DNA of 64,000 bases from Hypanus sabinus. Taxonomy: Eukaryota. The translations under genes and the position numbers were made by a program. Of this stretch, positions 1 through 12,214 are shown piece by piece. The stretch is taken from assembly GCF_030144855.1 (NCBI RefSeq), contig NC_082730.1, positions 15,500,001-15,564,000 of the forward strand, written 5' to 3'. Position 1 is the first letter of the stretch. Every line of letters begins with the position of its first letter. Under the pieces are notes generated by a model. The model was not told the origin of the DNA, ran no database searches, and saw nothing but the letters and a program-made list of their open reading frames with translations.

Positions 1-345
1 TGCAGGAAGATTGTTTCCAATGTTGGGGAAGTGCAGAACGAGGGGTGACAGTTTAAGGATAAAGGGGAAGCCTTTTAGGACCGAGATGAGGAAAAACTTC
101 TTCACACAGAGAGTGGTGAATCTGTGGAATTCTCTGCCACTGGAAACAGTTGAGGCCAGTTTATTGGCTATATTTAAGAGGAAGTTAGATATGGCCCTTG
201 TGGCTAAAGGGATCAGGGGGTATGGAGAGAAAGCAGGTACAGGGTTCTGAGTTGGATGATCAGCCATGATCATACTAAATGGAGGTGCAGGCTTGAAGGG
301 CCAAATAGCCTACTCCTGCACCTATTTTCTATGTTTCTATGTTTT
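1..345 (+). mobile_element. CR1/HER1-type LINE 3' end
   Basis: ORF 11-250 (RTRGDSLRIKGKPFRTEMRKNFFTQRVVNLWNSLP) is the CR1 ORF2 C-terminus; (TTTCTATG)n tail at about 324-345. Confidence 0.9.
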
Positions 346-745
346 TTTAACTGTAACCTAATCACAGGGTGATCTGCAAAGGCTAATTCTCTTCATGAGT
401 CTGTCTTTGGACTGTGGGAGGAAACAGGACCACCCAGGGAGACCCCATACATTCCACATGGAGGATGTACAGACTCCGTACATTAGAACAGAGATGAGGA
501 GGAATTTCTGTATCCAGAGTGTGTTGAATCTGTGGAATTCAATGCCATACTTGGCTTTTCAGGCCAAGACATTGAGTATATTTAAAGCATACATAATAGT
601 TTCTTGTTTAGGGAAGGCATCAAAGATTATGGGGAGAAATCCCAAGAATGGAATTGAATGGGGTAATAAATCAGCCTTGATGGAATAGTGGAGCAGACTG
701 TATGGGCCAAATGGCCTAATTCTCCTCCTATGTCTTATGGTCTCA
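345..745. mobile_element. HE1/V-SINE-like fragment (minus) fused to a CR1 3' fragment (plus); same composite recurs at about 16040-16440 and 42700-43110
   Basis: gtctttggactgtgggaggaaacagga SINE core followed by RTEMRRNFC..VLNLWNS CR1 tail; three paralogous copies. Confidence 0.75.
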
Positions 746-1515
746 TTGTATTTGGTCATCTTTAGTTTGTGACTATCTGAGCAGCCCAGGTATAGTATTA
801 ACTGCTGAAACTGAGTTTCTGGTTGTTGATTAAAAAATCACTATCACTTTGAGACATGAGAAGGAAATCCATTCCTTCTATGAACAAGGCTGCTGTGTTT
901 CATGATTACAATAAGGAAAATAAGCCCTCAAATCCCTTTTAAACACTAAAGGATTGTCAGTCCTAGGTGAGGGATGGGCTGGTATTCAGCTTGATGCATA
1001 GGAAGGTTTATGTGTCTTTTCGTTGAACTGAGGCCTTGGTTGGCAATTAACAGGCTCATGAATCGACTACAGTGATGACTGGCTTCTTTGCTGTGGCCTC
1101 AGTATTATGAATTTCAGTTCCATATGTTATTTGCTTACTTTGATTTGCTCTTTTTCCCGCATATTTGGTGTTTGACAGTTTATTTTAACCGTTTCTATTT
1201 TTTTATGGTTGCCAGGAGGGAGGTGAATCTCAAGGCTGTATTTGGTTGTATATGATTCTTTGATAATAAATGTACTTTGACCTTTGAATTTTGACATTGA
1301 AGTGCAATCTGATTGGCTGTTATTCCATAAGCTGTCACATCTATGCAATGAAATAGAGTTCTGAATTTAACCTTTCAAAAGTGTGTTCCAGTTTAGAGAG
1401 GATGCTGCAGAGTTACAGAGTTATAGGTTATTGAATGAGGAGCTTCACCCCAAATCTTAAATGCTGACCACAGTGTCTTCTGAGCTTTGTGTATTTCCCT
1501 GCAATTGCCCTAAAT

Positions 1516-1961
1516 GACTGGTGATTGATAAGTTTGTGGCCTAGGGTAGAAGGAGTCAATTTTATGAAACCTAGCACATTTATTTTTCAACATGGTCCCC
1601 TCCTACATTTAAACACTTAGTCCAGCAGTCGTGGAGCATATCGATCTTGGACCTCAAGAAAGTGTCCACAGCTCTAGTTACATGCACATTCAGTTTTAGC
1701 TCTTTGAGTGATTATGCAGAAAGGATGAAGTTAATAATTCATCTCCTTCTACATTAGGCCACGAACTTATAAATCACACATGCTGTGGACCACTTCTGGA
1801 AGTCCAAGGCGCCAACTTCTACAAAGAAGGATCCATATGCTCCATGACTGCTGGGCTGAGTGTGTAAATGTAGGAGGGCACCATGTTGAAAAATAAATAT
1901 GTTAGGTTTTCTAAAATTGATTCCTTCTACCTCAGGCCATGAACTTATCAATCACCCTTCG
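1516..1961. mobile_element. Non-autonomous Tc1/mariner-type MITE with long (about 100 bp) TIRs
   Basis: Left ggtgattgataagtttgtggcctagggtagaaggagtcaattt..cctcctacattt mirrors right aaatgtaggagg..ccttctacctcaggccatgaacttatcaatcacc; ends at TA; paralog at about 17119 has the empty TA site (ggcctc-ta-tccttctaaaac). Confidence 0.8.
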
Positions 1962-2315
1962 TATCCTTCTAAAACTTTCCTGTACATGAACTGGTCCAAA
2001 TATATTTTAAATGGTGTATTTGTACCCATCTCTAGCACTATCCCTGCCAATTTTTTCCACATACACACTGCTCTGTGTGCTAAAGACTGCCTTTCCAGAC
2101 TCGCTAAGAATTTCCCCTCACTCCTTAAGACAAGGGTCTCTAGTTTTCGACTCCCCTACCCTGAGATAAAGACTGTAATTATGCACCATACCTTTGCCAA
2201 CAAAACAAAGTAACACGATAGAATCCATGTAAAACCACACACAACAAAGACTGAAAAACAGCCAATGTGATAAAGATGACAAATCGTGCGAATAATACTT
2301 TTGTGCAAATAAAAG

Positions 2316-2900
2316 ATGACAAATCATGCAATGTTGCAGTTATATAGGACCCTGGTCAGACCCCGCTTGGAGTACTGTGCTCATTTCTGGTCGCCTCACT
2401 ACAGGAAGGATGTGGAAGCCATAGAAAGGGTGCAGAGGAGATTTACAAGGATGTTGCCTGGATTGGGGAGCATGCCTTATGGAAACAGGTTGAGTGAACT
2501 CGGCCTTTTCTCCTTGGAGCGACGGAGGATGAGAGGTGACCTGATAGAAGTGTATTAGATGATGAGAGGCATTGATCATGTGGATAGTCAGAGGCTTTTT
2601 CCCAGGGCTGAAATGGTTGCCACAAGAGGACACATGTATAAGGTGCTGGGGAATGGATATAGAGAAGATGTCAGGGGTAAGTTTTTGACAGAGAGTGAAG
2701 AGTGTGTTGAATGGGCTGCTGGAAATGGTGGTGAAGGTGGATATGATACAGACTTTTATGAGACTCCTGGATAGGTACATGGAGCTTAGAAAAATAGAGG
2801 GCTGTAGGTAATCCTAGCAATTTCGATAGGAAGGACATGTTCGGCTCAATTATTTGGGCCGAAGGGCCTGTTTTGTGCTGTAGGTTTTCTATGTTTCTAT
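2316..2900 (+). mobile_element. 5'-truncated CR1 LINE 3' end
   Basis: ORF 2316-2558 LYRTLVRPRLEYCAHFWSPHYRKDVEAIERVQRRFTRMLPG; tttctatgtttctatg tail at about 2885-2900. Confidence 0.9.
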
Positions 2901-2984
2901 GACGGTAGTACCGAGAAGAGAGGGAGATGGATCAAATGTAAGCAGACAGGACAGGCTCAGGTGGGGGGAGCTTGCTGGCACTGA

Positions 2985-3810
2985 GTAATGGGGCTGAACA
3001 CCAGCTCATTGTCGATATCCTCTTGTAAACTTAGACAACTCATGTCCACTGTCCACTCCACTACAGCGTCATCCATAACATAGAAATCATGCCATCTGCA
3101 TTTTCATTCCAAATTATTAATATTAATGACAAATTGCGGCGACCCATTTCCTGGCACATCCGAACCGGCTCACAATTAGCCAGCGTTCCGGCTAAGGGAG
3201 ATAGCCTACGGGGGTTTGCGAGCACAGAGCTTTGGAGCCTCTGCGCCATGGGGGGCAGGTTGAGGGAGGCTTAAAAGCAAGGCTGGGTATTTCGAATAAA
3301 GTTTTTCTTCGACTGCAGTTACTGACTCCGTGTCGTAATTTTAGCGCTGCATGTAGCACACCACTACAAAATGAGAATGGTTAACAAATAACAGCACTGA
3401 TCCCGATGACACACCACCGGTGATAAAGTCTGAAGTTGTCAGTAAACCAACACTCCACCACCACAATCTGACTGCTTCCATCAAGCCTATTCAGCATCCA
3501 TCCAGCGAGCTTACTATGAGATCTCACATTACAGATCAGTTGACCTTGTAAGGTATGGTCATCAGCCTTGCTAAACTCAATTACTAATTCTAAGGATCTG
3601 TCCTCATCAGTTCCTTTGATCATCTCTCAAAGATAACTCAGTCAAATATCTTTGAGAGAGGATTTCCCATGCATAAAATCATGTTCACTATCCAAAATCA
3701 GATCTTGCCTTTGCAAATTCAGGTAGATCCTGACTCACACAATCACCTCCAGTAAGTTACCACTGATCCTGTGCTCCCCTGCCTGGAATGGGACTGGATC
3801 AGTAATCTAT
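2985..3810 (-). mobile_element. Degenerate CR1 RT fragment interrupted by a solo LTR (paralogs at about 17590-18090 and 44450-45030)
   Basis: Minus-strand translation resembles CR1 RT (EFSKA..WMLNRLDGSSQIVVVECWF). Confidence 0.7.
3135..3368 (+). mobile_element. Solo LTR (234 bp, Gypsy-like)
   Basis: TG...CA termini (tgcggcg...ccactaca); 4-bp TSD AAAT at 3131-3134 and 3369-3372; AATAAA at 3295; empty site in paralog at about 44590 (gacaaat-aagagtgg). Confidence 0.85.
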
Positions 3811-4189
3811 TGACTCAGAAATGTGGAAACACTCTGAGACATTAGTGGGCAGAGACACTTACGACTCCAATCTAATAAAGGTCATTACTTCTGAAGAGCT
3901 GGAAGCACGTGACGTTGCTGTTGTCTTCTCATTCCATGTGGAATTCAATTGTACCAATTGACAGTGTAGCAGATTCCTTAGAACTCCGTGACAGCTTTAA
4001 ATAAAATATCTTTATTTTTAATTATTATGATTGCATTTCTTATCTTTTGTGTCAGATCCAATGTGATAATAATTTTTTTTTCTCCTTTACACCTTTGTAC
4101 AGTAAATGACATGAAATGATCTGGAGTCTTGTATCTCCCTGTGTTGATTTGATTTTACCTGTGCATTTTCTGAGAAACTTCTCTCTCAG

Positions 4190-4510
4190 TTTCAGGTGCT
4201 TTATGGGCAGAAGATAAAGTAAGAGGAGTTGTGGGAAGAGCGGTCACAATCGATTGTCACTATGCACCAATGTACCGTTCACACACAAAGTATTTGTGCC
4301 ACATCCGGGATCGCCAATGCACGTCATTATTGAATACAAATGAGACAAATGAGCAGTCTGGAAGAATGACAATTAGAGATAACACATCCCAGGGAATATT
4401 TACGGTTACTATGGAGAATCTTGTCTCTAATGATACAGGACATTACAGATGTGGAATTACAACATCTGGCAAGCATCCAGCATTTGATGTGCATCTACAA
4501 GTATCTGACG
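4190..4510 (+). CDS. Ig V-type exon, CD300/pIgR/MDIR-like receptor (V(B) copy 1)
   Basis: ctctctcag acceptor, G|gtaggt donor, 321 nt, phase 1-1, open: (V)SGALWAEDKVRGVVGRAVTIDCHY..KYLCHIRDRQC..GRMTIRDN..FTVTMENL..DTGHYRCG..VHLQVSD; B- and F-strand Cys plus the extra C-x6-C pair typical of CD300/pIgR V domains. Confidence 0.9.
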
Positions 4511-4829
4511 GTAGGTTTCTCATTGATTGACTTGATGTCTCCACTGAAATGTCTGATTCATATTTTCTCTGGGAAGAGTCAGGGCAGCAGGAATATCCTG
4601 AAGCTCCACAGCAGTACAGAGCCCTGCAGTGAGTTGACAAGGGTAAAGAAACTCCTTTCATGTTGCTCTCACCCAGTGGAGGGTCTGATCCACGGATCGG
4701 ACACCAATTTCCAGTTGAAAGCTCAGTGTATTTTCCTGCCTCTGAACTCCAGGAAATGTCACCCTGTCAGAGGAGGAGCTGTTCGCTATCCTGAGACATA
4801 TCGGTGTGGATCTATCCCCAGGGCCTGCT

Positions 4830-5240
4830 AAGGTGTTCCCTCAGACCTCATGGGAGACACGTGCAGAAAATACCTGGGCCCTGACAAACATATTTAAACT
4901 ATTCTTAGGAACAGGAGAGATACCAGAGGGTCAGAGAGTAGCAAATGTTGTTCTGCTGTTTAAAAAAGGCTCTAAGCATAAATTAGGAAATTGTAGGGCA
5001 GTGAATCTCACATCAGTTGCTGGAAAGTTACTGGAGTGTAACCTAAGTGACCGGATAGATATATCATATTTGGATGGACCTGGGCTGATTAAGAATAGTC
5101 ATCATGGCTTCGTGTGTGGTAATACATGTCTAACCAAACTTGCAGATTTCATCGAGGAGGTTACCAGGAAAGTGGATAAAGGCAAGGCAGTGGATGTTGT
5201 TTACGTAGACTTTAGCAAGGCATTTACCCTCTCCTGAACA
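4830..5240 (+). mobile_element. CR1 RT fragment (paralog at about 19110-19520)
   Basis: ORF 4806-5237 ANVVLLFKKGSKHKLGNCRAVNLTSVAGKLLE..HGFV..VDVVYVDFSKAF. Confidence 0.85.
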
Positions 5241-5489
5241 TCCACCTCCTTCCAACAGGGTTGCAAACAGAACTACTTATTATTGCTCTCAATGTGACCT
5301 ACCCAAAGTTTTATGAAGCTACAAAATGCCTTGTCAGCTTTAGTTTCCAACATCAATTGAATGCAATTCATTGACTCTATTCCTTATATCCTTCACATAC
5401 ATGAGGAGTAAAAACCTTTATGGTGTGTCTGCGTCTGAATCTGCAATGTGCAATTTATAGTCATTTGTCAATATAGCATAGACATACAA

Positions 5490-6170
5490 TTGTATCAGCA
5501 TGAATTCATCAGTGTAGTGGCCTGGTGGAAGAAGCTGTCCCAGAGACTGTTGGTCCTGGTTTTAATGCTGTGGTACCGTTTCTAGGATGGTTGCAGGTGG
5601 AACAGTTTGTAATTGGGATGATTTGGGTCCCCAAAGATACTTTGGGCCCACGTCTGTCACTGTAAATGTCCTGAATAGTGGGCAGTTCACATCCATCGAT
5701 GCGCTGGTCTGTCCACACCATTCTCTACTGAGTCCTGAGATTGAGTGAAGTACAGTTCACATCTGCAGCAGTGATGCAGCCAGTCAGGATGCTCTCAGTT
5801 GTGCCCCTGTAGAAAGTCCTTAGGATTTGGGGTCTCATGCCAAACTTCTTCAACCGTCTGAATTGAAAGAGGTCCTGTTGTGCATTTTTCACCACACAGC
5901 TGGTCCTCGGTGATGTGTATACTGAGGAACTTAGAGCCGTTAACCCTCTCAGCCCCAAATCCATTGATGACAATAGGGGTGAGCCTGTCTCCGTTTCTCC
6001 TATAGTCCACAACCAGCTCCTTTGTTTTTGTGACATTGAATGAGAGGTTGTTTTCTTGACAAGGTGATGACTTCTTCTCAGTTGACCGCCTTGTTATTAT
6101 TTGAGATAAGGCCAGTCAATGTAATGACATTGGCGAATTTAATTAGCAGATTGGAGCTGTGGGTCCAAAA
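5490..6170 (-). mobile_element. Rex1/Babar-type LINE 3' fragment
   Basis: FRRLKKFGMRPQILRTFYRGTTESILTGCITA motif on the minus strand. Confidence 0.8.
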
Positions 6171-7299
6171 GCCAAGAGTCATCCAAATAAATCTTTCTGA
6201 ACTTCCTTCAATCAGTATATCCGTCCTTAAACTGGATGAATAAAATTACACAGACTACTCCAGGCACGGTCTCAACAACACTGCCTGCAGTGCAACAGGA
6301 ATTCAGTCTATCAAAACTCCAAACCTCTTGCAATAAAGAACTGTACACCATTTGCTTTCCTTGAAAACAATGATCCAAAAACTTTATTTTCTATTTGTTC
6401 AGTAGACACCTGGATGTTTTTTTTCACTCATTTGCAGTTTTTTTTTTAATGTACTGTAGATAACAGTCTGTTTTTAGGTTCCTTATTTTGAGGTTCATAA
6501 CCTCATACTGTCCCAATGACCATGTTTTGGCCCCACATTCATCTATCTATACACATTTGGAGAGCCCTGATATCATCATCAACCCACACTTTTTTTATGT
6601 CATTGGCAATGTAATGGTTACTTGAAAACAAACCAAAAACTTAGGGAGTCAAGGACTCTAAGCTGTATGATGCATTTCCAAATAACTGTGTTCCAAGTCG
6701 AAGAAAGTACTTTGATTCTTTATTTTGAAAACAGTAAAACAAATGATCTTGTACAGTGATATTCAAAATTAGCATAACCGAATCAGGAAAGTTATGAATT
6801 AGTGGTAAAAAAATATATATATTATCACCAGTTCACTCCCCCTCAGCTAAACTGAACTAACTAACTAGGTCAAAGCCTGAATACCAGTCTGTCTCTACCA
6901 CACCACAACCCTCCGGATGTATTACCAGAACCCATAATAACCTCACAAAATACAATAGCGTCAGACAGAAAACCGGTTCATGGTTCCTGCAGTCAAAGTT
7001 GGACATCTGACAATCTGCCTTCTCTTCAAGTTATTTAAGTAAATCTTGAGGACCAAGAAGGAAACTTTCAAATGTGGAAACTTAAAGCAGTTCACAATAT
7101 GCATCTTCTGAGCGTGAATAAGATCCATTTATTTTGACTCTTTTTATTGATTCAATAGTTGGTTTTTAATCCATGCTAACACACCTCTCCAAGTATCATG
7201 AAGGCTAATAAATGCCTCAAAGATAATTTAACCTTCCCGAAACCATTTTGACTTCATTTGATTTGATTAATCTGCGTTAAATCACTGAATATTAATTCC

Positions 7300-9560
7300 T
7301 TAATTACAGACTCCAGCATTTTGCCAAGAACACATGTTAAGCTGGTGGGAATCTGACACTTTTTGTCTTTCTGCCTTGGAGTCATGGAGTTTTACAGCAC
7401 TGAGGAGGGCCTTTTGGCCCAACTTGCCGATCAAATTGTCTACTTGAGCTATTCCTGTTGCTCCACATTTCACGTGCATGACCAGAAATCTTTCCAATCA
7501 ATTTATCTATCCAAACATTTTTTAAATGTTGTGTTCTATTGCTTCTGGTAGTTTGTTCCATACACCACCCTCTGTGAAAAAGTTGTCGTTCAGATTCATT
7601 TTAAATCCATTCCCTTCTACTTTAAAACTGTGTACTCTTATTTCAGACTCCCGTATATTGGGAAAAATGACTCTGATCTGGTAGTAGTCAGCCATCGATC
7701 CCAGGGCATCATGAGTTTGCCCCTCTGGTGGACTGTGTCCTCTCCATGACACAAGCCTGGGCAGCAAGATTTGAAGAACCAGCTGTTGTCCATGCAGCGA
7801 GTTCCCCCTCTCCATGTCACTGATGTCGTCAAAAGGAAGGACAAATGCCAATATAGCTTGGCACCAGTGTCATCGCAGAGGTTGCCCGAGTAAAGTTGTA
7901 AACAACATCAAATAGTCTTAGTAATCCTGGCTTCAGATTTTTTCCTCATAGTTTACTCCCGAAACCTTTCCCGTGGGCGGGTATGGCCTCAAGGCAGCAG
8001 AGGTTTAAAATCAGTTTTCCTTCTAAGCAGACTGCCGACCAAGGCTGACGAGCCCCACCTGCCAAAAGTAACTGGTTTTGAGGCACCAGTGGGCCGCCTG
8101 TGCCCCGTCTCTTTTCAATAGAAACAGTTCCACTTGCCTAGTAGCTAAGCCACACTTGAGGGCCAAGAGGTGGACTTTGTTATCAGAGGCTGTTAGAGAC
8201 ATACACCATTTGGAGCACTTTATAGTTAATGAGATCTTATCGCCACTTCCACCTCCATCTATGACAAGCTTAGCATGACCACTTTAATAAGTCTCTGTAA
8301 GGTCATTCCTCTGCCTTGAACACTCAAAGGAAAAAGGCCCCGGCCTATCTGGTCCATCTTTCTACATCAAAACCTTCCAGTCTCTGTAACATCCTTGTGA
8401 ATTGTTTCTGCATCTTTTCTAACTTAGTTGCACCCTGTGTACAGCAGGTCGCAGAACTACACACCCTATTCCAAGTGCTGTCACACCAGGCTCCTGTAAA
8501 CAGTAAAATGACATCATAACTCCTGTAGTCATTTCCTCGAAGAATGACTGTAAGCAAACTGAACATCACCTTCACCACCCAGTCTCTGTGTCTTCATTTC
8601 CAGGGAATTATGCATTTGTACTACCAGGTCCCTGTGTTGTACAACATTTTCACAGAGGAACCAGTCATCACATGCAAAACTGGATTAGTGATAGGAATCA
8701 GAAAGTCGTGCTGGAGGGTTGTTTTTCATCCTGGAGGCCTGTGAGCAGTGGTGTGCTGCCGTGATCACTGCTGGGGCCACTGTTGCTTGTTATCTATGTT
8801 AACAATTTGGATAAGAAGTTATCAGGCAGGTTAGTAATTAGTAGGTGAAATGAAAATTATGAAGAAACTTTTCTAACATCAGTTTTTTTCAACAGGAAAA
8901 GTAGGCTGGGTAATGGATGGGGAATTTAACCTCGGCAGTAGTGAAGTGTTACTTTTCAGCTAGGACAGGGTTACACAGTAAATGGCTGGGATTGCGGAGT
9001 GTTGTAAAAACAATCAGACCTAAGTGTCAAAAGTATAAAGCTCTTCAAAAGTGGTGACAGAGTTAAATATGGTGTGAAACAGCCATTTGGCATACTTGCC
9101 TTAATTGTTTAGAGGATAGAGAAAGATAGTTAGGAGATCATAGTTACAGGTGTACAAGTTATTGGTGGGACTACAATTGGAGAATTGTGTGCAGATCTGG
9201 TCTCCAAGCTGCAGGGAGGATGCCCTTGAGCTGGAAAGATAACAAAAAGGTGTTACCAGGGCTGGAATTGTTGAGTTAGTAGGAGAGGCTGGATAGGCTG
9301 AGTTTTTTCCTATGAAGGGTAGGCTGCTGAGGGTTTGAGCTTATTGAGGAATAGATATTCATGAGGGGAATTGATAATGTGAACTTTCACAGTATTGTGT
9401 TCAGTAGTGGTTTGGTCTAAAGGTAGAGGAAGAGAGGGGAAGGATATAACAAGAGCATAAGGAGAATGTTTGTCACACAGAGGGTAGTGGGTATATGGAA
9501 CGAGTTGTTCGAGGAAGTGGTAGAAGTGGGTACAGTAAAAATTAATAAAAGATTTCTATG
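7300..9560. mobile_element. Cluster of degraded CR1 fragments (minus about 7300-7690 and 8240-8660; plus about 8680-9560) with an unclassified interspersed repeat at about 7700-8240
   Basis: CR1 ORF2 remnants (KLEKMQKQFTRMLQRLEG; FFTEGGVWNKLPE); boundaries approximate. Confidence 0.6.
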
Positions 9561-9699
9561 CCAGCACGTATATAGAAAAGGGAAATGGGACTAATACAAC
9601 CAGGTACACAAGCTCAGGCTGTTCAATGTGAATGAGTTGAGCTGAAGGGCCTGTTCCCATACTGTATAACTCTCTGATGCTCAATGACATTTGTCTGAC

Positions 9700-9893
9700 C
9701 AATATTAGAACAGGAACAGAAGAGATTCTGCGGATGCTGGACAACAAGAGCAACATATACAAAATGGTGGAGGAATCAGCAGGTCAGGCAGGATCTATGG
9801 AACAAAATCAACAGTTGATGTTTCAGGCTGAGACCCTCATCAGAAATGTCAACAGTTTATTCATTTCCATAGATACTGCCAGACCTGATGAGT
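9700..9893 (-). mobile_element. Penelope-like element terminal fragment (paralog at about 20480-20690)
   Basis: Minus strand ctgatgagggtctcagcctgaaac..ctgctgattcctccaccattttg, the Penelope end motif repeated several times in this window. Confidence 0.65.
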
Positions 9894-9984
9894 GTGAGTT
9901 GCTTCAGATCCAAAGGACACAGTTTCAGACATGATGAGGGGTCTGTTTCTGAAGTTTATCAACTTGCTTGAACACAGTCAAGCA

Positions 9985-10484
9985 NNNNNNNNNNNNNNNN
10001 NNNNNNNNNNNNNNNNNNNNNNNNNNNNNNNNNNNNNNNNNNNNNNNNNNNNNNNNNNNNNNNNNNNNNNNNNNNNNNNNNNNNNNNNNNNNNNNNNNNN
10101 NNNNNNNNNNNNNNNNNNNNNNNNNNNNNNNNNNNNNNNNNNNNNNNNNNNNNNNNNNNNNNNNNNNNNNNNNNNNNNNNNNNNNNNNNNNNNNNNNNNN
10201 NNNNNNNNNNNNNNNNNNNNNNNNNNNNNNNNNNNNNNNNNNNNNNNNNNNNNNNNNNNNNNNNNNNNNNNNNNNNNNNNNNNNNNNNNNNNNNNNNNNN
10301 NNNNNNNNNNNNNNNNNNNNNNNNNNNNNNNNNNNNNNNNNNNNNNNNNNNNNNNNNNNNNNNNNNNNNNNNNNNNNNNNNNNNNNNNNNNNNNNNNNNN
10401 NNNNNNNNNNNNNNNNNNNNNNNNNNNNNNNNNNNNNNNNNNNNNNNNNNNNNNNNNNNNNNNNNNNNNNNNNNNNNNNNNNNN
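9985..10484. other. Assembly gap (500 N)
   Basis: Run of exactly 500 N. Confidence 1.
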
Positions 10485-10802
10485 GTGGACTTTTCAGAGG
10501 CAGCATAATCTGACATAATTGAAAGTTCAACACTGCCGCTCTCCCTCAGTACTGCAGTGGAAGGTCAGCCCTGGGTTTCTGCTCAGGACTCTGGAGTGGG
10601 AAGTGAACCCACAATGTTCTGACACAGGGGAGAGAGCACTGACACAGTAACAGCACTGACTGCACTTCACATCAAAATCATTGGCTGTGGTGTCATGGAC
10701 CACATGCTGGACGTGACCTGGACCTGTTTTCATCATCAAGTTCCAAAATATTTTTGCATTACATTGCTCTTTTTCTCTTAAATCTGAAAATGCCTTCCTC
10801 AG

Positions 10803-10980
10803 TTTCAGGTGTATTGTGGGCAGAGGAATCTGTAAGAGGAGTTGTGGGAAGAGTGATCACAATCGATTGTCACTATAAAGCAATGATCTGCTCACAGACA
10901 AAGTACTGGTGCCATAGATGGATTCAACAATATTCAATTTTAGTGGAAACAAATGGGCAACACAGACAGAGTGACAATCA
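10803..10980 (+). pseudogene. Truncated Ig V-type pseudo-exon (V(A) type)
   Basis: cctcag acceptor then SGVLWAEESVRGVVGRVITIDCHY..KYWCHRWIQQYS; second Cys of the C-x6-C pair is Tyr; about 8-nt deletion relative to 39744 exon; breaks off at 10980 before the F-strand Cys. Confidence 0.85.
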
Positions 10981-12028
10981 ATATTAAATAGCAATATTAA
11001 ACTTTCAATTACCCTAGAACATATCGGCCTTTCAAAAGTCCAGAGAGATCCCAGCTGCTTCACTTGTGATGCGCGCGTGTGTGTGTGTGTTTTGACAAGT
11101 TTATCAACTTCACAGAGAAACCCCTCATGATGTCTGAAACTGTACCCTTTGGATCTGAAGCAAATTTTAAATATTGTACCTATCAAATATTTCTATGTGT
11201 AGTTAGAAGGTGATGCAACAGTGGTCATTAGTACTTTAGTGCTGGAAAACGATGTGTGATTTCAATAATTGTTGGGATACAATGAGTGCTTAAAACCAAT
11301 TTATTATATCTGGAATTATAAAATGATGTATCAATAATAATATTGACAAACCACATATCAATAATGATAATTTTCAACTATCAGACTGTCAAAATCCCAT
11401 CTGGATCAGAAAGGTCTTTGGGGACAGAAATCTCTCATCCCTCCCCACTCTGGTTTACCTTTGACTCCAGACCTAGTAATGTTCTTTACTAATTGCCCCA
11501 CTGGAATAGCCCAGGAAATACACTGATTTCAAGACAATAACATTGGTTGTCATACCTGCAAAGTGAAATCAGATTCCAGCAATGGTAAACCTGATCTTCC
11601 TGCTCAACAACCTCAGGGGATTTCTCCACATGGACATATTCTCCCCCCCCCCCCCCCAGCTGGCTCCACACTGTTCCTCTTTTCTCCTTATCTGCTCCCG
11701 CTCTCACCCACCTTCAAATTCCATCCATTTTCCTCTCCATCCCTCCTCAGCTACAACTACCTTGTGGACCCAGTTTCACATCTGCCCCTCTCCTGCTTAT
11801 ATTCTCTCGCTGTCCACTCACACTTGATGCAGAGTCTCGACCCAAACCATTGACATTTCCCCTCCCTTTGACGAATGCAGTTTGACCCACTGAATTCCTC
11901 CAGGAGTTACTCTGAACTCCAGTCTCTGATACTTTTAATGTCTATAGGTTTTTAAGCACTGTTGTGGAAACAGTGTATGAACCCCAGTCCAACACTGATG
12001 ATATTGTCCAGTGCTGTCTGTAACTCAC

Positions 12029-12068
12029 CAGGTAGGAAACCAATCAGGAGAATCAATGTCCACAGCAT
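12029..12068 (-). CDS. Signal-peptide (leader) exon, inverted relative to the cluster
   Basis: Minus strand ATG CTG TGG ACA TTG ATT CTC CTG ATT GGT TTC CTA CCT G|gtgagt = MLWTLILLIGFLP; near-identical to the leader at 38401; no minus-strand Ig exon seen downstream. Confidence 0.85.
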
Positions 12069-12214
12069 TTTATTCACAGAGACACAGCCAGGACCTGTCT
12101 GCCCTCAGGGAGAAATGAATGAAATAAAAATAAAGAAGAAGGCAGCAGGAAATTTGATCAAAAAAGAACAACAGTGACACAATTGGTGTGTGGTATGTGA
12201 CAATCTGTAAACAA

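Noticed and set aside
9925-10533. Long ORFs of 181-202 aa in the ORF track (also 29827-30078)
   Set aside because: They are runs of X created by assembly gaps
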